A stretch of DNA of 63,481 nt, counting the filler, from Octopus bimaculoides (Eukaryota): NCBI RefSeq assembly GCF_001194135.2. It is 10 parts of 8 records of this genome, joined end to end, with 100 filler letters (N's around TTAATTAATTAA, not from the genome) between each part and the next. Parts side by side here need not be neighbours in the genome. Positions count along the whole stretch, not along the records: positions 1 to 19,657 come from NC_068995.1; 9 more parts are not named here. One strand, written 5' to 3'. The position numbers and the translations under genes were made by a program. How positions within the stretch are numbered: the first letter of the stretch is position 1; each line of letters begins with the position of its first letter. The notes beneath the pieces were generated by a model, which did not search any database, was not told the DNA's origin, and worked only from the letters and a program-made list of their open reading frames with translations. This document shows positions 1-11,008 of the stretch, piece by piece.

Positions 1-9
1 TATATATAT

Positions 10-52
<43 letters not shown>

Positions 53-280
53 TGTGAATATAGCTATGTTATATGTCTGTGTTTGTTCCCGCTACCATCG
101 CTTGACAACCAATGTTGGTGTATTTACGCCACCATAACTTAGCGGTTCGGTGAGGAAGCCGATAGAATAATTACCAAGGTGGCTTACAAAAGATAATTCC
201 TGGGGTCTATTTGTTCGACTAAAAGTAGTGCTCCAGCATTACCGCTGTCAAATGACTGAAACTAGTACAAAAAACAAAAG
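1..280 (+). mobile_element. tRNA-derived SINE family B, 3' half
   Basis: (TG)n linker followed by CGCTTGACAACC...CTGGGGTCTATTTGTTCGACTAAA...GTCAAATGACTGAAAC, matching other copies in the window. Confidence 0.8.
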
Positions 281-1205
281 AACATGAGTTTACCTTAGAT
301 ATTACAATACTAACTAATATTACACCTGTCTTTATTTCATCCTAATTTTTACCTTGATTTTTACCTTCTGTTAAATTTCAATTTATTTCCCGTCGTGTTT
401 ATATTAATCCGTTTATTTCGTAAACTATATATCTAGAAATCTTTCTCTAGTTTTGTTTCTCTTTCCCTACCTCTTTTAAGTCTAACGATGAATATATAAC
501 GTTCCATATATTCCTTGCTATATATAACATTTTCTCCCACGACCGTAATCCACTGTTTGCTGTTAGGTATCTTGCTAAGTCTCACTGGTATAGTAAAACG
601 TTTTATTAATCTTATTACTTATTGTTGTTCAAATATCACTATTTCGAATGGTGACTATCTGTGTTTAAACTTATGTAGAGTGTCGATGAAAGAAATCTAA
701 AATAACTGTGATATTCGTTGACATATAATGAATCCGTTGTACCTGTATCAGTTTATAAATTACACAGCAGAATTCTGTAATTTATTTTATATATACATTA
801 ATGCAGGTATGTAAAATAATTTATTATTTATGATACACTAAATAATAATTTTTATATGATAAAGGTACAAAAAGATCGGAGTTGTATGGATGTCAATTTG
901 TGAAATGAATTTTTTCATCTTATACCTCTTCTCTTTCTTTATATCTGATACACTCATGAAATAATCATAACCATTTGGATTTATTGGATTTCACCTGCAT
1001 CGGATTATATAGTACAACCCTTTGTGTTGAGTTGCTTGATATATAGTTTGCAGCATGAGACATTAAAACGCTATTTTTATTGTTAGTGAAATTCGTATAT
1101 TGACCAATAAGTATTTATATATATACAGGATTTGGACAAAATAATGAAAACACCTTAAATTTTCAAAGAAATTTATTTTAATGGGGTAGGGTCGCCTTGG
1201 CATTT

Positions 1206-1432
1206 TTTTTTCATGATCTTTGACAACTATATCTGGTCTATTTGCCTTAATTTCTCTATCTGTGTGTATTGGCATATCCCAGAGTATGGTTGCTTTCTCG
1301 TTTTCTGTGACCTTTTCTGGCGTGTGTTTATACCATCTTTTTCTGTTGTTATTCCATAGTGTTTGCATAGCTTCCAGTGTATGTAGGTCCCAGCTCTGTC
1401 GTGTCTGTGAATATATTCCTTCTTAGACACCG
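1206..1432 (-). mobile_element. RLE-type non-LTR retrotransposon (R4/Dong-like) C-terminal fragment, frameshifted
   Basis: Two overlapping minus-strand frames give KKEYIHRHDRAGTYIHWKLCKHYGIT and WYKHTPEKVTENEKATILWDMPIHTDREIKANRPDIVVKD: the RHD motif plus the PD motif of a restriction-like endonuclease. Confidence 0.85.
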
Positions 1433-1467
1433 TAGTATATCTCCAGCGTTAGAAGGTGTGCAAAGGC

Positions 1468-1663
<196 letters not shown>

Positions 1664-1825
1664 GGTATTTTTTCGTTATCGGTTACAAACGTTGCTTACA
1701 TAGCAAAAATATGAGACAAAAACAAGGGACTGTTGGCTTTTACATAAAATACATGTAAATAATTAAAAATAAAATAAAATAACAAACAATTAAATTTTTA
1801 ACAATTAAATTTTCCTAATAGAATG

Positions 1826-2680
1826 GAGTGCCGTCCAAGGGCATCTAAGAAAGAACAAAGTTACCGAGTCACACTACTCACCACATGCGCGACGTTAAGT
1901 GCTCCTCTCTGTTCCATAAAATCCAGCCTGCAAACTCATACTTACAGTAGGTCCACTTACTCGTGTCATACTCGTTATTTTCACCGTTGAACATAATTTT
2001 TGTGCTACAGTACCTCAGTCTTCACTCTCCAAGTGGAACCCAAAACAGTTGATAAGGACCAGCCTGAAAAGCACCATGTCTCTATTCAGGACTTTAGTTG
2101 CGTCCACAATTCAGGCAATGCTTAAGCAATCTTTGTATAGATACAGAACGGTTTCACAATTCTGCGCGAAGGCGTCGCTGGCGACATTTACTTTACCTGT
2201 AGAATGTTTGTTGAACCGTCAATATCCCCAAGGATTTCAGGAAATTATTCACGAGTCCTGACCCTAAATTTCTGCAGCAAACGCGAGCCAGATGATTTCC
2301 CCTGACGCCCGACGAACGTTGTCGCTCTTCTCGTTACTAATCCTCTGCAGAACGCCATGTTGAAACACACACCAATCGCATTTTCCGACTTGCGGAACCT
2401 TTTCATAACTTTTCATACCTTTCCACCAACAAAGAAATGCTAGAGAAGTTAGTCTCAGCGCTTACCTCTTTATTACAGCGGCAGATGATGTTGAGAGCAA
2501 ATAGACCGTCTGACCAATGGAAGGGGTGACCTCCATACAAAGCGGAATAGGAAGCACGCAAATCAGGTCTTTGATGTACTATATTCTTCCATAAACCCTG
2601 ATTTCCTGAAGAATACATATTTTTGCTTTGAAATTACAAGGGCATTTATTCACTGGCGTGTACCACCCCTGTTTAACGGA
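1826..2680 (-). mobile_element. Unclassified degenerate TE-like segment, possibly a DNA transposase remnant
   Basis: GC content is visibly higher than the flanks. A broken minus frame reads NHLARVCCRNLGSGLVNNFLKSLGILTVQQTFYR, loosely like Kolobok-type transposases from memory. No TIR or TSD found. Confidence 0.25.
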
Positions 2681-2864
2681 TTTAGTACTGACTCTACTCT
2701 CTGTAAAACTCGATAATTACCAGTATTAGAAACAATAATATTACTTCGTGTTATTTCAAATATACTATGAATTTCACCTATGGAAAAACATTGACCTATA
2801 TTCAAGAGAATGGGTCATTTCAGTTAATTTAAGATCAAAATCATTATTTATTCACACATTAAGG

Positions 2865-3070
2865 AGGCAGCAGGCAGAACCGTTAGCTCGCCGGGCGAAA
2901 TGCTTAGCAGTATTTCGTATGTGGTTACATTCTGAATTCAAATCACAACGTGGTCGATTTTGTCTTCCATCCCTTCAGGGTGGATAAGTTATGTACAAGT
3001 GAAACACTAGTGTCGATGTGAGCGACTAGTCCCCTACCCCAATATCTCGCCCTGTTATCATAGTAAAAAG
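2865..3070 (+). mobile_element. tRNA-derived SINE family A (diverged)
   Basis: Head GGCAGAACCGTTAGCTCGCCGGGCGAAATGCTTAGC...CTGAATTCAAATC, matching the copies at 9652 and 27950. Confidence 0.8.
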
Positions 3071-4064
3071 TATTATTTATTCATATATTAGAACTGAGAT
3101 TGCTAATCTCATTATCATTATCATTATTACTATGACTATTTTCCTTCCATATCAGGGCTCAAAGTCATTTAAAAATCTGACGCTAGGAAGAAGAAACAGA
3201 CAACCACAATCCAGGCACGTTAACATATTCCCAGAGAGATATTGGCCGGCATGAGGGAGATTTAGAGTACTTATATGGCATAAATATGGGTAAGGAGGAA
3301 CTGGTAAAACTGATTGTCCTCCAGATTTTGGAGCAATTTATTTCGGTTATATTTTAGTACACCAATATAGTTCAATAAGCATATTTTAACAAATGGTTAA
3401 AATACGTGTGTGTACGGTTACATGTGAGTATATGAAATGTGTGTGAGGGTGTGTGTGGCTTTACTTCCACATACGCCAGATTAATTTAATTCGTCCTTAG
3501 TCGAGACACCATTTGTTAATGTCCTGTTTGTATTTGTATTTTTGTACCATTTCTCCGGTTTTTGTCCTTGTTTTCGCATACATTCGCTTGCTTTATTCCA
3601 GGGAATCTAGTGCTCTTATCTTAGATATTCTTGGGGCTGGACAGAGTGGAGCAGACTCGTGTGTAACCGCTCGAAACTGCTGAGGAAATCTGGAACTTGA
3701 CTCGATATAGAAAACACCGAATGACCCTTCCTTGTTTTCCTGTCCTTTTTTTATAGTTTAACTGTCCGGATGTTTTCTTGTCACCTGTTGCGTTATTGTC
3801 TCATTTCTTGTTTTATTTTACNNNNNNNNNNNNNNNNNNNNNNNNNNNNNNNNNNNNNNNNNNNNNNNNNNNNNNNNNNNNNNNNNNNNNNNNNNNNNNN
3901 NNNNNNNNNNNNNNNNNNNNNNNNNNNNNNNNNNNNNNNNNNNNNNNNNNNNNNNNNNNNNNNNNNNNNNNNNNNNNNNNNNNNNNNNNNNNNNNNNNNN
4001 NNNNNNNNNNNNNNNNNNNNNNNNNNNNNNNNNNNNNNNNNNNNNNNNNNNTATATCCTTTTAT

Positions 4065-4400
4065 TTTTTTCTTATAATTGTTTCAGTCATTTGACTGCGG
4101 CCATCATGGAGTATATATCTTTAGTCGGATAAATCGACGCCAGGACTTATTCTTTGTAAGCTTAGTACTTATTCTATCGGTCTCTTTTTGCTGAACCACT
4201 AATTTACGAGGACGGTTGTCAAGTGATGGTGGGGACACACATACACAAACACAGACTACTTTCAGTTTCCGTCTACCAAATCCACTCACAAGGCTTAGGT
4301 CGGCCGGAGGCTACAGTAGAAGACACTTGCCCAAGGTGCCACGCAGTAGGACTGAACCCAGAACAATGCGGTTGGGAAGCAAACTTCCTCCCATACACCC
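4065..4400 (-). mobile_element. tRNA-derived SINE family B, near full length
   Basis: Reverse complement gives a head with GGGTTCAGTCCTACTGCGTGGCACCTTGGGCAAGTGTCTTC and the body/tail GTCAAATGACTGAAAC. Confidence 0.85.
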
Positions 4401-4424
4401 ACTCATCCACCTATATATGTTTGC

Positions 4425-4462
<38 letters not shown>

Positions 4463-4520
4463 GACCACCACAATCAAATTTTTTCTCTCCGTGTTTTTCT
4501 CCTTGTTTTTCTCCTTATTC

Positions 4521-4579
4521 TTTCTGTTGAACAGCGTAGCTCGAAACGCTAAAGACTTTCTCTATTGCCGAGCGTTAAA
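4521..4579 (+). ncRNA. Putative minimal type I hammerhead ribozyme motif (copy 1, stem II mismatch) in a Penelope-like terminal repeat
   Basis: TTT-CTGTTGA-A-CAGC(GTA)GCTC-GAA-ACGCT...AGCGT-T-AAA. Stem III is perfect, stem I is TTT/AAA, and the cleavage triplet is GUU. Confidence 0.45.
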
Positions 4580-5556
4580 NNNNNNNNNNNNNNNNNNNNN
4601 NNNNNNNNNNNNNNNNNNNNNNNNNNNNNNNNNNNNNNNNNNNNNNNNNNNNNNNNNNNNNNNNNNNNNNNNNNNNNNNNNNNNNNNNNNNNNNNNNNNN
4701 NNNNNNNNNNNNNNNNNNNNNNNNNNNNNNNNNNNNNNNNNNNNNNNNNNNNNNNNNNNNNNNNNNNNNNNNNNNNNNNNNNNNNNNNNNNNNNNNNNNN
4801 NNNNNNNNNNNNNNNNNNNNNNNNNNNNNNNNNNNNNNNNNNNNNNNNNNNNNNNNNNNNNNNNNNNNNNNNNNNNNNNNNNNNNNNNNNNNNNNNNNNN
4901 NNNNNNNNNNNNNNNNNNNNNNNNNNNNNNNNNNNNNNNNNNNNNNNNNNNNNNNNNNNNNNNNNNNNNNNNNNNNNNNNNNNNNNNNNNNNNNNNNNNN
5001 NNNNNNNNNNNNNNNNNNNNNNNNNNNNNNNNNNNNNNNNNNNNNNNNNNNNNNNNNNNNNNNNNNNNNNNNNNNNNNNNNNNNNNNNNNNNNNNNNNNN
5101 NNNNNNNNNNNNNNNNNNNNNNNNNNNNNNNNNNNNNNNNNNNNNNNNNNNNNNNNNNNNNNNNNNNNNNNNNNNNNNNNNNNNNNNNNNNNNNNNNNNN
5201 NNNNNNNNNNNNNNNNNNNNNNNNNNNNNNNNNNNNNNNNNNNNNNNNNNNNNNNNNNNNNNNNNNNNNNNNNNNNNNNNNNNNNNNNNNNNNNNNNNNN
5301 NNNNNNNNNNNNNNNNNNNNNNNNNNNNNNNNNNNNNNNNNNNNNNNNNNNNNNNNNNNNNNNNNNNNNNNNNNNNNNNNNNNNNNNNNNNNNNNNNNNN
5401 NNNNNNNNNNNNNNNNNNNNNNNNNNNNNNNNNNNNNNNNNNNNNNNNNNNNNNNNNNNNNNNNNNNNNNNNNNNNNNNNNNNNNNNNNNNNNNNNNNNN
5501 NNNNNNNNNNNNNNNNNNNNNNNNNNNNNNNNNNNNNNNNNNNNNNNNNNNNNNNN

Positions 5557-5610
<54 letters not shown>

Positions 5611-6492
5611 TATCAATATATATATGTATATATGCATGCATGTGCATTATCGATATTTAGTTATAGTAATAACATATTTTTCACTCAGTATCAGTACGAC
5701 ACACGTGTAGTGAGAAGAAAGGTTTTTATAATGTATCGGAAATGTCCCTTAGGAGTAACTTATATTCATCTATTAGTTACACGAATTGGTTATCAATGTA
5801 TTTACTGTTCTCACATTCAGGCAAAGTCCTTTCCTATTGAAGGCGTTGAATGTGCTATTTTCTTCTCTAACGCCATCCTTGTGTGTTTAGAGCTGTAAGC
5901 ATTTGTGTATACGTAACGAATGGGTATATATATACACATACATGTATACATATGCACATGCATTTATATGCATGGATGGATGGGTGTGTGTATGTNNNNN
6001 NNNNNNNNNNNNNNNNNNNNNNNNNNNNNNNNNNNNNNNNNNNNNNNNNNNNNNNNNNNNNNNNNNNNNNNNNNNNNNNNNNNNNNNNNNNNNNNNNNNN
6101 NNNNNNNNNNNNNNNNNNNNNNNNNNNNNNNNNNNNNNNNNNNNNNNNNNNNNNNNNNNNNNNNNNNNNNNNNNNNNNNNNNNNNNNNNNNNNNNNNNNN
6201 NNNNNNNNNNNNNNNNNNNNNNNNNNNNNNNNNNNNNNNNNNNNNNNNNNNNNNNNNNNNNNNNNNNNNNNNNNNNNNNNNNNNNNNNNNNNNNNNNNNN
6301 NNNNNNNNNNNNNNNNNNNNNNNNNNNNNNNNNNNNNNNNNNNNNNNNNNNNNNNNNNNNNNNNNNNNNNNNNNNNNNNNNNNNNNNNNNNNNNNNNNNN
6401 NNNNNNNNNNNNNNNNNNNNNNNNNNNNNNNNNNNNNNNNNNNNNNNNNNNNNNNNNNNNNNNNNNNNNNNNNNNNNNNNNNNNNNNNNNNN

Positions 6493-6553
<61 letters not shown>

Positions 6554-6757
6554 TGTGCGTGTGTGTGTGTGTTTCTGTGTGTTTCACATTTAAAGAACAG
6601 ATATACATTTATCTATATATGTATGTATAGGAATGGCAGAGAGGACGGACCATTTTGAAACGGCTATTTACACAGCCCCAGCAGGAAAGACAGGTGTCCG
6701 ACAGGAACCATTCTGTACATGGTGCGTTAGCATTTTCTTTTCGTTTCAGGTGAAGCC

Positions 6758-7415
6758 ATGGCGCTCTGGACAACAGAGCATCGCGCGTTTGCCCACAGCA
6801 GTTAGTGAAGAATAGCAAGTATTTCACAGAGGTTAAGTGTGAGTTTCGGTGCCACTTCAGCATTCACCGATATCAGCCTCTTCTCACCCATTACACAATC
6901 TTACGTTGGCTGAATGCACTTCGTACACGAGGAACACTAATGAACAGGAGACCGGGGTGGGTGCGCCACAGACGGTACGGATCCCAAAAAATGTGGAACG
7001 CGTGACATAGAAATGATAAACACCTTTTTTTGTACCTGAGTTATGCCGAAAAGGTATACCTATTCGACGTGTGTGCTTTCAGGAGGATGGGGTGACGGCT
7101 CATACAGCCACAGCATCAATGAACGTTCTTCGCCTCTCTTCGGTGACGTCTCATTTCCAGGTTTGATGACATTCCTTGGCTCCTCGGTCCTCTGATTTAT
7201 CTATGTGTGATTATTTCTTGTGAGGAAGCCTCAAAGTACGTGTGTACGGGCATAGACCCCGTACATTAAGTGATTCGAATGAAGCTATTCGTCTAAAAGT
7301 CGCCCAAATCGATTGAGTAATGTTGGAGAGAGTGGAGGCCAAATTCCAAGACCGCCTTCAAAAATGCATCAATGAAAACGGGCACCACATGATGGATGCT
7401 GTTTTTCACACTTGA
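6758..7415 (+). mobile_element. Tc1/mariner superfamily transposase remnant, probably DD41D (rosa) type, internally deleted and frameshifted
   Basis: Starts MALWTTEHRAF..., then ILRWLNALRTRGTLMNRRP (HTH region), FQEDG(V)TAHT, a degenerate WPPRSPDLSMCDYFLW, and ends CINENGHHMMDAVFHT*. After frameshift repair the second and third catalytic Asp are about 41 residues apart. Confidence 0.8.
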
Positions 7416-7745
7416 TTCTGTTTTCATTTGTATATATGTATATATATATATGTAGGCATGTATCTATGCGTGTATGATGTCGTATGTGTGAATATTTGTA
7501 CATATATATACATATATATATGCATCTGCATGCATTTGTATATCCGCGTGTGTGTATATGTATATATATGTATACTCATACATGCGCCGTGTGTGAATAT
7601 ATGCCTGCTACGGGTGTGCATACATGTATTTTATGAGTTTGAGTATTTTAATTTATAAAAGTTCTAAGATAGGTGTAAGGATTTTTCTATGTGAAGATGA
7701 ACTTATAAATGCATACATACGTACGTGTGTATGTATATATATCTA

Positions 7746-7799
<54 letters not shown>

Positions 7800-9104
7800 T
7801 ATATNNNNNNNNNNNNNNNNNNNNNNNNNNNNNNNNNNNNNNNNNNNNNNNNNNNNNNNNNNNNNNNNNNNNNNNNNNNNNNNNNNNNNNNNNNNNNNNN
7901 NNNNNNNNNNNNNNNNNNNNNNNNNNNNNNNNNNNNNNNNNNNNNNNNNNNNNNNNNNNNNNNNNNNNNNNNNNNNNNNNNNNNNNNNNNNNNNNNNNNN
8001 NNNNNNNNNNNNNNNNNNNNNNNNNNNNNNNNNNNNNNNNNNNNNNNNNNNNNNNNNNNNNNNNNNNNNNNNNNNNNNNNNNNNNNNNNNNNNNNNNNNN
8101 NNNNNNNNNNNNNNNNNNNNNNNNNNNNNNNNNNNNNNNNNNNNNNNNNNNNNNNNNNNNNNNNNNNNNNNNNNNNNNNNNNNNNNNNNNNNNNNNNNNN
8201 NNNNNNNNNNNNNNNNNNNNNNNNNNNNNNNNNNNNNNNNNNNNNNNNNNNNNNNNNNNNNNNNNNNNNNNNNNNNNNNNNNNNNNNNNNNNNNNNNNNN
8301 NNNNNNNNNNNNNNNNNNNNNNNNNNNNNNNNNNNNNNNNNNNNNNNNNNNNNNNNNNNNNNNNNNNNNNNNNNNNNNNNNNNNNNNNNNNNNNNNNNNN
8401 NNNNNNNNNNNNNNNNNNNNNNNNNNNNNNNNNNNNNNNNNNNNNNNNNNNNNNNNNNNNNNNNNNNNNNNNNNNNNNNNNNNNNNNNNNNNNNNNNNNN
8501 NNNNNNNNNNNNNNNNNNNNNNNNNNNNNNNNNNNNNNNNNNNNNNNNNNNNNNNNNNNNNNNNNNNNNNNNNNNNNNNNNNNNNNNNNNNNNNNNNNNN
8601 NNNNNNNNNNNNNNNNNNNNNNNNNNNNNNNNNNNNNNNNNNNNNNNNNNNNNNNNNNNNNNNNNNNNNNNNNNNNNNNNNNNNNNNNNNNNNNNNNNNN
8701 NNNNNNNNNNNNNNNNNNNNNNNNNNNNNNNNNNNTATGTGTGTGTGCGTGTGTGTGCGTGTGTGTGCGTGTGTGTGTATGTGTGTGTGTGTGTTCTCGG
8801 GTAGTTTTAACTCTTTATTAACTTTAGTGTAAATAAACCTGATTACATTTATACTTTGAATAAGAAAACTGTCCTGCTACTAGGAATATTACATTTATTT
8901 ATAAGCAAAAACTGTATGAAACGCAAGTATATTTGTGTCCTAAGAAATTTGCTTCCTAACCAATGGTGCCAGGAAATGTCACATTGCATGGATTCGTGGC
9001 AAAATGTCTGCTATTGTACTTCCGGAACTACAAAATCCCTGCAGGTAGATTTAGTAGGCGTACTCTAAAAGAATCATGCTGTATATGAATGTGTATCTGT
9101 GTGT

Positions 9105-9400
<296 letters not shown>

Positions 9401-9651
9401 TAACATAAATGCACACACACGTGCACACATTCACTAACACACACACACACACTCACTAACACACACACACACACACACACACACACGTAGATATGGATAT
9501 GTATGTATACATATATGTTTATATAAATTTTCTATTGATATAATTTCGACATATGTATTTGTTTAATTTTGTCATGGAATTCAACAGACGACATTATGAT
9601 TTCATACGATATTATGTAACCATTCGACAGTTAATATATTGCACAAGACAA

Positions 9652-10085
9652 GGCGGCGAGCTGACAGAAACGTTAGCACGCCAGGCAAAATACTTAGCGG
9701 TATTTCGTCTGCCGTTACGTCTGAGTTCAAATTCCTCCGAGGTCGACTTTGCCTTCCATCCTTTCGGGGTCGATAAATTAAGCACCAGTTACGCACTGCG
9801 GTCGATATAATCGACTTAATCCCTTTGTCTGTCCTTGTTTGTCCCCGCTATATTTACCCTCTTGTGGACAATAAAGAAATAAGAAACGTCAGCATGCCGG
9901 GCGAAATGCTTAGCAGTATATCATCTGTTTTTACGTTCTGAGTTCAAATTCCACCGAGCTCGACTTTGGTTTTCATCCTTTCGGTGTCGATAAATTAAGT
10001 ACCAGTTGCGTATTAGGGTCGATCTAATCGACTGGCAACCTCCCCAAACATTTTGGGACTTGTGCTTAGAGTAGAACAGAATATT
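9652..10085 (+). mobile_element. Head-to-tail dimer of SINE family A (9652-9882 and 9883-10085)
   Basis: A-box-like TGACAGAAACGTTAG and B-box-like GAGTTCAAATTCC. The second unit restarts at AAGAAACGTCAGCATGCCGGGCG. Confidence 0.88.
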
Positions 10086-11008
10086 TTGCACAATACATTA
10101 ACTAAAAAGCTTATGAAAAACGAGCATTTATACACAGAAAAATATTTCAAAATGAAACATTTATATCAGCGCAAATAAATGAGATGAAATTCATACGTTG
10201 TTATTAAATTTGATAATTTTATGTTTTATAAAGTAGCCCCTAGTCTTTAATCTTTAATTTTGCGCTACGATTTTCAGCCCCACTAGGTGTTCCTGCTACT
10301 GTTATACTAATGTGTGTTTGCTGCCTTTCATTAAACTATCATTTAGACTTGTTTGACTCAAATTGTGTTTTCAATTATATAACATATCACTGAACTTTTT
10401 CAGGTTCCTGATTCATCCTGTCACTTAATCAGTAGCAAAGTATTCGGCAATCTTGAATTGCCTTGAATTACATCAAAGCAAGACGTACCATTTGAAAGTG
10501 TGACGTCTGCTGGAGCAATCAAGAAAAGAATCAAAACATATGATATATATTTACAAAGGCAATTTAAAATATATTTGGGAAGTTAAATAATATCAATAAG
10601 CGCATCACAATCTTAATTCAATGGAATATGCGAGGATAAAAGAATAGGCTGAGACGACTAGTCAAAGCAAAGAAATGTATGTCTATATGGAACTTTTATA
10701 GGGAATTTTTATAGAACCAATCAATGAGAATACCATTTCTAATACCAAAATTATATTGTCGCTATGTCTACTGACGTACAGTAATTTTCTATTAATTGTA
10801 GATCATATACTTTGTGAATTGTGGGAATCGTCGATTCACAGGAAAATGGATTTTCGTTGTCTATCTTTACAGTGTTATGCTGTGTGAAAAACTCATTCAA
10901 CAAGAATCATATCTCAACTAAATTTTAGAGATTTCCTCAATTTCATATTCACATGAAAACATTTACAGAAAAAAATTACGAAGATTTAAATTTTCAATGT
11001 AGGAGAAA

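Noticed and set aside
3630-3690. GAGC...GCTC-GAAAC resembling hammerhead helix II
   Set aside because: No CUGANGA-like core upstream and no helix III or cleavage triplet.
4455-8832. Long ORFs of 200-540 aa in the ORF track that are mostly X (also at 22-23 kb, 41-42 kb, 54-55 kb and 62-63 kb)
   Set aside because: They exist only because N-gaps contain no stop codons. Only the flanks of the 22094-23728 ORF are real, and those are LINE ORF2.
9652-9740. tRNA-like A/B boxes in SINE heads as possible tRNA genes
   Set aside because: They run directly into repeated SINE bodies and do not form a complete cloverleaf.
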